From IMG/VR virus record IMGVR_UViG_3300044614_001780: DNA of 64,000 nt; one strand, 5' to 3'. The translations under genes and the position numbers were made by a program. Shown piece after piece: positions 9,801-19,667 of this stretch. The stretch's first letter is position 1; each line of letters begins with the position of its first letter. The stretch is from a virus. The notes beneath the pieces were generated by a model. That model saw nothing but the letters and a program-made list of their open reading frames with translations, did not search any database and was not told where the DNA came from.

Positions 9801-12392
9801 TTATTTAGTAATACAATCAATAACTTCAATAACACCAAATTGATTAACAACTGTGATTTTGTTAAACTCTGGAGTATATTGCAAGACTGGATATGCAGTT
9901 GCCCCTTCTCCCGTTTGCGTAATAATTTCTGCAAATCCTGGGTTTGTATTAAATGAATCTCCACAAACACCACTTACTGATGTTACTCCAACTATAGCAC
10001 CTGTTGGGGCAATAATTACATTAAATGAGCAATTACCAAACTTAATTTTATCTCCACTAGTATATCCAAATCCTGGATTTGTAATAATAATATTTGTGAT
10101 TATTCCAACAACATTTGTTCCAATTCCAGTAAATGTTCCAATTCCAGTAAATGTACCAATTCCAGGGAAAGGAACAGTCGGTCCATTAATTGAAGTTGTT
10201 CCAATACCAGCAGTTCCCCCACTCTCATCTGGGATTGGAGTTCCTGGAGGAGATTCATTTGGTTGATTTGGTGCTGGGGGCAAAGTAGGAGAAAGTCTAT
10301 TTCCTATCAAAATAGTAGTCTTTGCTACATAGTCATCATCTGGATCATATAAATTAAACACTAATGTCTCAACTGGCTCAGTTTGATTATCTTGCCTTAC
10401 TTTTACTTTTAATGTTGCTCTATTATTAACTACTTTTATTTTATTTGATAATGAACTGATTTCCAAATCTTCTATTTTTATATCTCCAGTGATATCATAA
10501 AATAATTCAGTATCGTCCTTAACATTAGTAGTTAAAATTGTAAATGTTATAGTTTCACCTTCAAATACAGTATACTTGTCTGCGTAAACTGCATAAGTGG
10601 GAGGAATAAACACTGTAGAATAATTAGATGGGCAATATCCAGATCCAGGATTTACCACATATATTGATTCAATTCTTCCGTTAGAAATTTTTGCTTCAAG
10701 TTTAGCACCACTTCCATGATTTGTATTATCGATTACATTTATAGATGGTGGTTTTGTATATCCTTTCCCTTGATTTAAGATCTGAACAGTAAATATAGAT
10801 CCATCATTTCCAACAATTGGAAGTGCTTCTGCATTAATTCCTGTTCCAAATATTTCTATAATGGGGGGAATACATGAAGCAGACTTTGTTCCCTCTGATT
10901 GTGGTGTTTTTTCTTTTTGAGTGGTTGGATTAGTTGCTTTATTTGCACAATCTCTAAATGGAGAAGGACCAGTGTAACCAAACAAAGACGATGACCCCAA
11001 TGCTTGGTCTATATTTTCATTGATTCCCTTCATGAAGTTTAACTTCTTAAGGGTTCTTGACCAACTATCTTTACCACTTTTTGAAGACCCAGATTTGGAG
11101 CACCACTGTGAGGCTGTTTCACATTTCAATTGATCGCAACCAATGAAATTCAAAATTTGCTGAGCAACTGAGGAAATTTGTCCAAGTACACTTGAAATTT
11201 GTCCTATTCCCCCGAGCAACCAATCCAAACCAGACATTACTGGTCCAAGCAAATCCTCAATGAAATTCATTAATTTTCCAAGGATTCCTGCAACAAATTC
11301 TTCAACAGCACACATTGGAGCATTTATTGCTCTGCCAATCATGTTGGTTAAAAGATTTACAATATAATCAATAATTAAAGGAATAAGTTTTTCAAATAAA
11401 CAGAAAATAATATTAATGATATTTTTTGTTGCTTCTGCCACTGGTGGATGTTGTGGGAGAGGCAGAACCTTTGCAATAAAATCACGGAATAGTGATGTAA
11501 CTAATTTTATAATTGCTCCCCTAAGGTTATTGACTATGAATTTTATAACCCCGACAATTCTTCTCGCAAATCCTTTTATTTCATTTACAATATCAACAAA
11601 TTCATTCAATATTGGGTCAATATAAGTTCCAATAAAATCCTGTATTCTTCCAGTAAATTGTATAAATTCTTGAAGTATTTTTGATATTTTACCTATAAGA
11701 TTATCATTACATCCATTTTCTCTTGTTATGCAAATTTCTCCTTCGGCAGCAAATTGTTGAGCTGCTAAATCTTCCCTAATTAATTGATCAGCACCAGGTT
11801 TATTTTCATCTCTTGTTGATGGAGTCAAAGGACCAACTGAACTTGTGCTCGCAACTCCTGCTACTGGTATAGATGATGTGGTTGGTTGAGATTGTACTCC
11901 TGGGTTTTGTTTTCTTATTTGTGTTGCTGCCTGTTTTAATGGTCCAGAGTGCCCAGTAAAGGGTCTTAACTGGTCTTTAATTGATTCTGATGGAAAGTTC
12001 GTTACACTTTCGTTCCTATGAAGACATCCAACTACAACTGGTTGCTGCCCATCATCTCCATCCAAGAAAAATCCGAATGCAGTTTCACCCCCAGACAATC
12101 TCAGAGTTTGTCCGATTCCACCTTGGGCAGATCCTTCTGCTCCAGTAGTCATGACATGTGCCCAAGGCAAATCGTTATCTGGAAGAACATCCCTATCAAA
12201 GGGATGATAACCAATAATTCTTACTTTACAACGATATGCCCAACTTCCACTAGTCTCTCCTTTCTTATTCTTACCTGCATCTGGAGCAGATTTTTCGTCT
12301 CTCCAAACTGATGCAGGAGCAACTTGACCAATCCACCAAATGAATCCGTCTTTGCCCAAATAATTTGATTTTAATAAAGATCCTTCAATCAT
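9801..12392 (-). CDS. gp5: Baseplate hub/spike protein gp5 (N-terminal OB fold)
   Basis: GFIWWIGQV..RCKVRIIGYH..LPWAHV..GFFLDGDDGQQPVVVG signature. Confidence 0.85.
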   Translation of the reverse strand: MIEGSLLKSNYLGKDGFIWWIGQVAPASVWRDEKSAPDAGKNKKGETSGSWAYRCKVRIIGYHPFDRDVLPDNDLPWAHVMTTGAEGSAQGGIGQTLRLSGGETAFGFFLDGDDGQQPVVVGCLHRNESVTNFPSESIKDQLRPFTGHSGPLKQAATQIRKQNPGVQSQPTTSSIPVAGVASTSSVGPLTPSTRDENKPGADQLIREDLAAQQFAAEGEICITRENGCNDNLIGKISKILQEFIQFTGRIQDFIGTYIDPILNEFVDIVNEIKGFARRIVGVIKFIVNNLRGAIIKLVTSLFRDFIAKVLPLPQHPPVAEATKNIINIIFCLFEKLIPLIIDYIVNLLTNMIGRAINAPMCAVEEFVAGILGKLMNFIEDLLGPVMSGLDWLLGGIGQISSVLGQISSVAQQILNFIGCDQLKCETASQWCSKSGSSKSGKDSWSRTLKKLNFMKGINENIDQALGSSSLFGYTGPSPFRDCANKATNPTTQKEKTPQSEGTKSASCIPPIIEIFGTGINAEALPIVGNDGSIFTVQILNQGKGYTKPPSINVIDNTNHGSGAKLEAKISNGRIESIYVVNPGSGYCPSNYSTVFIPPTYAVYADKYTVFEGETITFTILTTNVKDDTELFYDITGDIKIEDLEISSLSNKIKVVNNRATLKVKVRQDNQTEPVETLVFNLYDPDDDYVAKTTILIGNRLSPTLPPAPNQPNESPPGTPIPDESGGTAGIGTTSINGPTVPFPGIGTFTGIGTFTGIGTNVVGIITNIIITNPGFGYTSGDKIKFGNCSFNVIIAPTGAIVGVTSVSGVCGDSFNTNPGFAEIITQTGEGATAYPVLQYTPEFNKITVVNQFGVIEVIDCITK
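10120..10164. repeat. 18-bp tandem repeat encoding (GIGTFT)n in gp5
   Basis: ccaattccagtaaatgt(t/a), about 2.5 copies. Confidence 0.8.
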
Positions 12393-12594
12393 CGAAAATT
12401 TTACATTCAGGTGCGTTTGGGTTTATATCACAATATAATTCAAAATTTGTTGGGCAATCAATAGCTTCTGGATTGTGCTTTTGATACTCTAGTAATTCAG
12501 AAAGATAATCTTCCAAATATCTTTTTCTTTGTTTATTTATTGCAGGACTCTCAAGTTCCTCGCATATATCAGTAATTACTGTTTGTAGTTCCAT
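12385..12594 (-). CDS. cp12: CP12 Calvin-cycle inhibitor (phage type)
   Basis: C-terminal FELYCDINPNAPECKIFDD matches the CP12 C-x8-C motif; 69 aa, acidic. Confidence 0.85.
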   Translation of the reverse strand: MELQTVITDICEELESPAINKQRKRYLEDYLSELLEYQKHNPEAIDCPTNFELYCDINPNAPECKIFDD

Positions 12595-12599
12595 TGTTG

Positions 12600-13910
12600 T
12601 TACCTATTGGTAGATCCGTAAAGCCCATAACTATCACGGATTAGTTTTAAACTAGTTACAACTTGATTTCCCTCGAAGTGGTGTCGTAATTCTTTAATCA
12701 AATAATTTCCACTTTGTTGTTTATCAATTTGTTTCTTATCTGTCATTTCAATTGCTGGAAATTCCGCATAGATTAACTCTCCAGCTTTCAGATTTACGTT
12801 GCATGGTACTACCATATTTAGTGACTGTGTGAACAAAATGTTATATCTCGAAGCAGATTTTGCCATATCTGCAACATCTCTGCCAGATTCTTTTGTTACA
12901 GTTTCAGTATCTAAAACACCTCTATCTGAAGTTCTTACTAAAATTCTTGTCCACGAATCTCCCAATTCTTTAGACACAGCAATTGTGTCATCTGTTCCTA
13001 GTGTATTTTTTATTTGGTCTTTTAACTTATACTGATATATGTCCATATGTCCAGTATAAAAATCATAAAAGTATGTTTTATTGGAATACATTCCAACCCT
13101 TAAACTTTTTAGTAGGTCAATATTTTTTTCAATATTGTAGTTTAATATTATAAAAGAATTTTGCTGTTGGTTTGCAGAAATTGCACCAGTAAAAGTATAT
13201 TTTGGTATATTCTTTGAGTCTGCTGAAGAAGAACCTACTTGAGTGTTTGAAACTAAACTATCAATACTTTTAAAATTAAATCCATCTCTGTTCTCATAAA
13301 ACAAATATCCTGCAGTTCCTTTTGCTTCACCAGTATTTCCTCCACCAGAAACTCCACCAGAAGATGCTGGCATTGCCTTTGGTCCTAACCAAGTCAGTAC
13401 TGTAAATGGTTTTCTGCTATTTGAAATAAAGCTATAACTATTTGAAGTATTTTCTATATTTTTTTCTTTATACTTTTCCGTCTTTAAATCATTTTTTAAT
13501 ATTGCTTCTACTGTTGTTTTTATATTTCCACCATATTTCCTAAAACATCTTGTTGTTTCATTTGTGATACCTTCTCTTGATACGAGGTGTAAAGTGAATG
13601 TTTCTCTGGTATCTTTTGCCATTACATCACTAACTTTAAAAACATACATTGAATATGTTTCATCCAAAGTAAATTCTCCAGAAGCAGTAGTTACACTAAT
13701 AGAAACTCTCTCTCCTCCTCTTATTGGTAGAAAATTATAAAGAGAAGTTGTATTTGAAACCATCATACTCATAGTTACACATGGAGAAAGAATGTCTTCA
13801 AAATAATCACAAAACAAAATAGAGTTTGTGATGTCAATTTTTTTCTTTCCATCAAGAGATTCAATTACAACAAAATTATATTTTAAACCTTCTATTGCTG
13901 GATTTGACAT
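12600..13910 (-). CDS. Baseplate hub protein (gp27-like)
   Basis: YFEDILSP..GYLFYENRDGFNFKSID..SGNYLIKELRHHF..LKLIRDS; position just before gp5. Confidence 0.65.
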   Translation of the reverse strand: MSNPAIEGLKYNFVVIESLDGKKKIDITNSILFCDYFEDILSPCVTMSMMVSNTTSLYNFLPIRGGERVSISVTTASGEFTLDETYSMYVFKVSDVMAKDTRETFTLHLVSREGITNETTRCFRKYGGNIKTTVEAILKNDLKTEKYKEKNIENTSNSYSFISNSRKPFTVLTWLGPKAMPASSGGVSGGGNTGEAKGTAGYLFYENRDGFNFKSIDSLVSNTQVGSSSADSKNIPKYTFTGAISANQQQNSFIILNYNIEKNIDLLKSLRVGMYSNKTYFYDFYTGHMDIYQYKLKDQIKNTLGTDDTIAVSKELGDSWTRILVRTSDRGVLDTETVTKESGRDVADMAKSASRYNILFTQSLNMVVPCNVNLKAGELIYAEFPAIEMTDKKQIDKQQSGNYLIKELRHHFEGNQVVTSLKLIRDSYGLYGSTNR

Positions 13911-16042
13911 TATGTTTGCGAAAGATTGGTTAAAAGAAGAGACTTCATTAAACTATTTACCACTTGAGATGGTGGTGTTCCCATTACAGTGGGTGTGGAA
14001 TTACTATTACCACCAGGAGCAGTTATAACAGAAGGTGGACTAGAACTTGATTGAGATTGTTGTCCTTCTATTGGAATTAAAACTATAGATGAACCTGGAG
14101 AATTATATTCTGGATAATCTGAAATATTTTTTCCCAATTTTGATAATTCCTCTGGAGCAAACATAGATGGGTCTACACCCATTCCACCCATTCCACCAAC
14201 ATTAGACTTGAGTAAATTTTGAAGCTTATTATTGTATTTGGTATAATCTGGATGAACTTTATCTTTTGCATTAAATCCCCCACCAAACTGAACAAAACCA
14301 GGAAATTCATTTGCAAGTGCTTGTAGTTTTGGATTCATTGCTGCCAAATCTCCTCTGTCAACACTTGTCCCCATCAATTGAACTCCCTTTGCTCCCATTT
14401 TCTGAGCATATTGTAATTGTTGACGAACTGTTGCTAAATCTGAAGTATCATTGGAAATACCAGAAGATAATCTAATAAGTTTACCTTTTAAATCTTGATT
14501 CTGAAGCATTCCCATAACATCTTTTGGACTTGCTCCGACTGTAGCAGTTCCTGCAGAACCAGAAGAATCCTTTGACCCCTTTGCTATGCTATCTCCTATA
14601 GTAAGCATTGGTGCTGCACCAATATCATTTGAAGTGAATTTTCCATTCATAGAACTTCCAGGTGCTGTCGCTGCTTGCGTTCCAGTTTTTATTGGTGCAA
14701 CTGCTGGAGTTTTTGGTGCGGTTCTTAAAAATGGTCTTGGGTCTATTAATTTTCCTGAAGTATTATAAAGTTCAAAATGCAAATGAGGAAAATCTGGAGA
14801 ACTTGCCTTATCTGCTGGTGAAATAGTGCCTATTTTTTGTCCTGTTTTAACTTCTGTCCCTGTAGAAACATTTGATAAAACATGAACATATCTGGTCATA
14901 CTTCCATCTTTATGTTTGATGCCAATTGTTTGACTACTTCCTCCTCCTTTTTGCCAAGCATATCCACGTCCAACTTCAACTACAGTTCCTGACATTGCTG
15001 CTAAAACAGGATCTCCTGCTTTTTGATCTGCAATATCTTGTCCAGCATGAGACCCATGTGATCTTGCTGCTCCAAATTGTGCTCCACCATAAGTGCTTAC
15101 ATGCCCAGTAACAAATGGAGCAACTCTTTCAACATTATCAAATCCTGGATAATTTGCATCTGTAACACCTTGGTCGTTTACTCCAGGTCCCATATTATTT
15201 GGGTCCGCAGAAATATTATCGGTATATGTTCCTGGTCCTATTTCTCCACCAGATACAGAAAAACCCATTGCAAAATTACTAAATTTATCCACAACACTTG
15301 AAAATTTGTCTAGTGCATTTTTAAATCCACCAGAACCTTCCGACAATCCTTTTTGTTTTTGTTCTTGTGCCTTGAGTCTTTCTTTTTGCTTTTGTTCTAA
15401 TGATTTTTCACCAGTAACTCCCTCATATGCTCTATCTGCAGCAAACCCACCAACAAAATTACCTGCCATACTCCCAATAACAAATCCAACTCCAGGAATT
15501 GGTATCAATGTTTGCCCTATAGCACCACCAAGTAAACTTCCAGCAAGAGCACCTCCAGTACCTGCTGCTGCTTTGCCAATAGATTCCCCCTCAGCAAGTC
15601 CAGTTGCAAAATCAAGTCCAGCAAAAATACTGTTTACAATTCCAATTGATCTCAACCCAGTAAATCTTAAACCTTGTCCTCTTGGAATTGGGGTTGCTTG
15701 CCTTGAAGGTTTTGAAGATGTTTTTGCTGGCTCACCAAGTTTTCCTTTTCCAGGGAACATATTTCCAAGAAAACCACCAACATCTAAAGCACCACCAACT
15801 AGTGACCTTAATAAATTACCAACATTCCCAAAATTATTAGCAACATTTAAATTTGCTAGTTCTTTTATTTTTCTTTTTGGTGGTAATTTTATGGTTTGAA
15901 GAGACTTGGTTTCTTTAACCAAAAAAGTAGAAAATGATTTATATTCTGACTGCATTTTTGACAAGTCACGTTTAGTCTTGCCGTTATACGAAGCAATACT
16001 ATTAAATGAAGATACTAATGGAGATGTAATTGCTTTTGCCAT
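13910..16042 (-). CDS. Virion protein with M23 peptidase and SGNH/GDSL-like domains
   Basis: HAGQD, YVH and PHLHFE (M23); IGDSIA..ISND..KDKVHP (SGNH-like); Gly-zipper segment. Confidence 0.75.
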   Translation of the reverse strand: MAKAITSPLVSSFNSIASYNGKTKRDLSKMQSEYKSFSTFLVKETKSLQTIKLPPKRKIKELANLNVANNFGNVGNLLRSLVGGALDVGGFLGNMFPGKGKLGEPAKTSSKPSRQATPIPRGQGLRFTGLRSIGIVNSIFAGLDFATGLAEGESIGKAAAGTGGALAGSLLGGAIGQTLIPIPGVGFVIGSMAGNFVGGFAADRAYEGVTGEKSLEQKQKERLKAQEQKQKGLSEGSGGFKNALDKFSSVVDKFSNFAMGFSVSGGEIGPGTYTDNISADPNNMGPGVNDQGVTDANYPGFDNVERVAPFVTGHVSTYGGAQFGAARSHGSHAGQDIADQKAGDPVLAAMSGTVVEVGRGYAWQKGGGSSQTIGIKHKDGSMTRYVHVLSNVSTGTEVKTGQKIGTISPADKASSPDFPHLHFELYNTSGKLIDPRPFLRTAPKTPAVAPIKTGTQAATAPGSSMNGKFTSNDIGAAPMLTIGDSIAKGSKDSSGSAGTATVGASPKDVMGMLQNQDLKGKLIRLSSGISNDTSDLATVRQQLQYAQKMGAKGVQLMGTSVDRGDLAAMNPKLQALANEFPGFVQFGGGFNAKDKVHPDYTKYNNKLQNLLKSNVGGMGGMGVDPSMFAPEELSKLGKNISDYPEYNSPGSSIVLIPIEGQQSQSSSSPPSVITAPGGNSNSTPTVMGTPPSQVVNSLMKSLLLTNLSQT

Positions 16043-17925
16043 TATCCGTCAACAATATTATAAACGATTTTTGAATACATTGTTAAGAAATTAGCAGAGT
16101 CCGAAGATGGTAAAATAGGTATAGATGGACCACTATCACCCAAAGGATTGGTTGGTGGAATTATAACTTGTCCACCTCCCCCACCACCAGAAGATTGTTG
16201 TTGTCCTCCAGTAATCCCAGGCAATGTTACAACTGATGGTTTTGCTTGTGAAGGTGGTGGTTGAGATATGCTCATTGCTAATTTTGCCCTCTCTTCTGGG
16301 GCAAACATTGATGGGTCTACACCAAGTCCACCCATTCCTCCTTTTACTTGAGAAGTTTTTGGTAAATATTCTTTAACTTTTTTCGATGCTTCTTCTTTTG
16401 TTACACTTCCATCCTTATTTAAATCGAGACCTGCATTCTGAGTATAAGCACGTCCAGTATAACCACTCATGGCACCTTTGCCAAAAAGAACGAAATTGTC
16501 AGGTTTTCCTACAGCAGCAGGAAAAAGAACAGACATATAAACATCGGATAAAGATCCACCTTTATTTAAAGTTCCTTCAAAATATTTGTCAACGTATTTA
16601 AGTTGCTCTGTTCTTGTCATTTTTGACAAAGCATCAGTGGAAGTTCCCAATCCCTTTGCAGTATCTGGCATAAATTGAATCAATCCAGTAGCACCACTGC
16701 CAGCTTTGTTCTTTATTGAAGGACTAAATGTTCCTCCAGTTTCAAATCCCATGACTGCATAAAGATAATCTTCTGGAATATTATATTTTTTAGAAATATC
16801 AGTAACTCCTTTTGTGAAAGAGGTATCTTTAGAAACTTCTTTGGGAATTGTTCCTGGAGAATAAGAAGATGGACCAGAAGGCATCCCTCCAGGGGAAGAA
16901 GCAGGACTAGATGAAGGTGCTGGAGAAGGTGCTCCACCTCCAGGAGAAGAAGTTGATGGTCCTTGACCTATCTTTGCTGATGAACCTTTTATCATTTCTT
17001 CAACAGCATTTGCAAATTTGTTTACAATAAATGCAAATGTATCAACTAATCCTGTCGGTATATTTGAAATTTGTGGGATACTCTGCAATCTATCACTATC
17101 TGCAAGAGCATTAACTGCCATCCCACCACCAACTGCACCAAGACCTAATCCCAAAAGACCCGCCCCCCTTCTTCCTATCCTAGCACTTCTTGGGGTAGTT
17201 CTTCTTAATGGTCCACCTGGAACATCAATATCCAAATTTAATCCTGGACTTCCTCCAGGAGATGCTTGTGGTAAATTTGATAGTTGATTTACTATTTTGA
17301 GAATGGTTTGCCTAATTAATTTTGCAATTTCAAAACTTTCAGTAAAAGAAGTCTTAAGTGTTGCGAGACTTTCTCTTAACTGTTTTATGTTTTTTCCACT
17401 TCCAAAGAAATTTACAAATCCAAGGGCATTCTTATATGCATCTAAAAATTTATCTAAAATACCAACGGGTTTTGCTGCATCAACATCTCTAAGTCTTTTT
17501 TGATAATTGTCGGAAAGTTGTTTAGTGAAATTGGCAGTCTGTTGTCTTATATTTTGTACAACAGTTTGTAGTTGAGTTACTTGAGAATTTTGCTGCTGCC
17601 TAATTTGTTGTATTTGATTTATTGTATTTGATGCTACTTGTTGTAATTTTCCGTCTACTTGCCTATTTGTTATATTTGTAGCATTTCTAATACTATTATC
17701 AACCTGATTTAAAATATTGGAAGAAATAGTACTTACAATAGAATTAATGTCTGGAGTTACTGGTTTTACTGCAGCACGTTGGAATCCTACAATTTTATTT
17801 GCAGCAGAAGAAACAACAGAAGACCCTAAAGGTGCTCCACCAGAAATAAAATTCTGAGCAGATTGTGAATTTATTGGATTTCTTCTTACTATTGATTCTG
17901 GTCTAAGGGCAGATTTAATTGCCAT
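16042..17925 (-). CDS. Virion protein with lytic transglycosylase domain
   Basis: AVMGFETGGTF..GATGLIQFMPDTA..EQLKYVDKYF..YTQNAGLDLNKDG. Confidence 0.8.
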   Translation of the reverse strand: MAIKSALRPESIVRRNPINSQSAQNFISGGAPLGSSVVSSAANKIVGFQRAAVKPVTPDINSIVSTISSNILNQVDNSIRNATNITNRQVDGKLQQVASNTINQIQQIRQQQNSQVTQLQTVVQNIRQQTANFTKQLSDNYQKRLRDVDAAKPVGILDKFLDAYKNALGFVNFFGSGKNIKQLRESLATLKTSFTESFEIAKLIRQTILKIVNQLSNLPQASPGGSPGLNLDIDVPGGPLRRTTPRSARIGRRGAGLLGLGLGAVGGGMAVNALADSDRLQSIPQISNIPTGLVDTFAFIVNKFANAVEEMIKGSSAKIGQGPSTSSPGGGAPSPAPSSSPASSPGGMPSGPSSYSPGTIPKEVSKDTSFTKGVTDISKKYNIPEDYLYAVMGFETGGTFSPSIKNKAGSGATGLIQFMPDTAKGLGTSTDALSKMTRTEQLKYVDKYFEGTLNKGGSLSDVYMSVLFPAAVGKPDNFVLFGKGAMSGYTGRAYTQNAGLDLNKDGSVTKEEASKKVKEYLPKTSQVKGGMGGLGVDPSMFAPEERAKLAMSISQPPPSQAKPSVVTLPGITGGQQQSSGGGGGGQVIIPPTNPLGDSGPSIPILPSSDSANFLTMYSKIVYNIVDG

Positions 17926-18103
17926 GTGCTTGCTGTTTTTGCTTCAGTTTTTCTTCTTCAATATGCTGCTGCAATAATCCAACGTAAATGTCCCTTTCCC
18001 AAGGCATCATATTTTCAATCTCAGTCAAAGAGTATTTATGGAACTGCATTAAGGCAAAATTGATTTTGAAATATGCCTCAAGATCCATATGGGACATAAT
18101 CAA
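17915..18103 (-). CDS. gp51: Baseplate hub assembly catalyst gp51
   Basis: NFALMQFHKYSLTEIENMMPWERDIY signature; follows gp26. Confidence 0.85.
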   Translation of the reverse strand: MIMSHMDLEAYFKINFALMQFHKYSLTEIENMMPWERDIYVGLLQQHIEEEKLKQKQQAHGN

Positions 18104-18831
18104 CCGAAAAAACTCGTTAATCCCTCCAACGTCACTTCATTCATTACTCCAGTCTTAGGATTTTTAACCTGAATTGTGTGAGAAAGTTTTGGCATTGTTT
18201 CAAAGAACTTTTCAATCTTTTTGAACTGATTAGAATTCATCTGCTCAATAAATTCTATTAATTCTTTCTTTGTACAATCTGCTGCTGCCCAAGATTCTTC
18301 ATCACTATAAACCATATCAATACATGATGCAATAATATCAAAGGACTTTTCAATATTACTTTCACTTTGAGCATCACTAAAATCAAAATTATTTTTGATA
18401 AATTGATCCAATGAAGGATATTTCATTCTCATTATTAAATTATTATCTAATTTGATATCAGATGAATGTTCTGGGTCTTTTTTCACCTTAATTTCGTCAA
18501 TATAGACTGTTACTGGAACTTGTGTATTGGAATCATCATCGTAACAAGTTACAATTAAATCAATATTTTCCCCTACAGACTTTCCTCTTACATTTAAGAA
18601 TACATATTCAATGTCAAAAGTGGGCAGTTCTTCTACCTTCACCCCTTTGGTAATAATACACTCCTTTAATACTTGTTTTATTGCAGTAGTAATTTGTTTA
18701 GTATCTTGTGATTCTAATGCAATAATTAAAATCTTTTCTTCTTTTACTAAAAATGGTCTATATTTTATAGTTTTTCCGTTTGAAGGCAACTCCAACTCAT
18801 ATGTTGGTGTAGAAATCTTTGGTAAAGGCAT
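18100..18831 (-). CDS. gp26: Baseplate hub subunit gp26
   Basis: MPLPKISTPTYELELPS..YRPFLVKEEKIL..LEGLTSFFG. Confidence 0.9.
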   Translation of the reverse strand: MPLPKISTPTYELELPSNGKTIKYRPFLVKEEKILIIALESQDTKQITTAIKQVLKECIITKGVKVEELPTFDIEYVFLNVRGKSVGENIDLIVTCYDDDSNTQVPVTVYIDEIKVKKDPEHSSDIKLDNNLIMRMKYPSLDQFIKNNFDFSDAQSESNIEKSFDIIASCIDMVYSDEESWAAADCTKKELIEFIEQMNSNQFKKIEKFFETMPKLSHTIQVKNPKTGVMNEVTLEGLTSFFG

Positions 18832-18862
18832 AATATCCTAATATAGTCTTCATTACGATTAT

Positions 18863-19633
18863 TTATCGAGTATTACCAGTACCATCATTTTTCTCATAAA
18901 CATACCTAGAATAACTAAATTCTACAGTTGTTTTAGTTATGGTGCTTCCCTCATATGAAACTGGAAGTGCAGTTATGTTTGTTGGAAATGCATCAATTAG
19001 TCTATATGTAATGGTTGGAACATTTCCCAGTTTCCCACCACTTAATTCTGGTCTTTCCTTAAAATTTCTTTCAAATTTAACTATACTAATAATTCTTTTG
19101 TACTCATTTGGATATCTCATTCTAAAAAAATCATTTCTATTTTTAGCATCACCAAATCCAATTTTAGATACTGGATATGAACCAGTACCACCATAAAGTG
19201 GGTTGATGAAATTCATCCATTCTTCAAATAAACGAATAAGTCTATAATCATTATCGACATAAAAAGTTAAAGTTACTGGAGTATAGATTCTCCTCGTTGG
19301 TATCCTTTCGATTATTCCCTGACGACTTCCTGCCTCTTCAGCAACTTCGAATGTTGCCCCTGGAATTACTGCTTCTGAACAATAAAAGTCATAATAAGCA
19401 TTTTTAACTGCATCATTAGTCAATCCAGAATTTGTCAGCCATTGCATCAACCTATCATCATCTGACGTTGTATTTGTCAAGTGCAATGCAACTTTAAATT
19501 GACTTGTTAATGATAATGCACCAAGAATATTTCTGGCACCCTCAAGTGTGACCGCACCATCTGATCTCTCGGTGGTCATCTTTACATAAAGTGGCCCTAT
19601 GTCTGGTTGCCCCTTCGAATCTCTTTGTGCCAT
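18863..19633 (-). CDS. Baseplate tail-tube initiator (gp54/gp19 fold)
   Basis: VTLTFYVDNDY..FEEWMNFI..YRLIDAFPTNI..TVEFSY tube-protein fold. Confidence 0.7.
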   Translation of the reverse strand: MAQRDSKGQPDIGPLYVKMTTERSDGAVTLEGARNILGALSLTSQFKVALHLTNTTSDDDRLMQWLTNSGLTNDAVKNAYYDFYCSEAVIPGATFEVAEEAGSRQGIIERIPTRRIYTPVTLTFYVDNDYRLIRLFEEWMNFINPLYGGTGSYPVSKIGFGDAKNRNDFFRMRYPNEYKRIISIVKFERNFKERPELSGGKLGNVPTITYRLIDAFPTNITALPVSYEGSTITKTTVEFSYSRYVYEKNDGTGNTR

Positions 19634-19634
19634 T

Positions 19635-19642
19635 TATAAATA
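19635..19642 (+). promoter_or_regulatory. T4-type late promoter TATAAATA for gp4-gp2-gp48-gp53
   Basis: Exact TATAAATA about 25 nt upstream of the gp4 ATG. Confidence 0.75.
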
Positions 19643-19667
19643 TTTTTAAAAAATATCTATACTATGT

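Noticed and set aside
15306-15899. 197-aa plus-strand ORF and similar short antisense ORFs across 1-19 kb, psbA/psbD and gnd
   Set aside because: Shadows of well-supported minus-strand genes.
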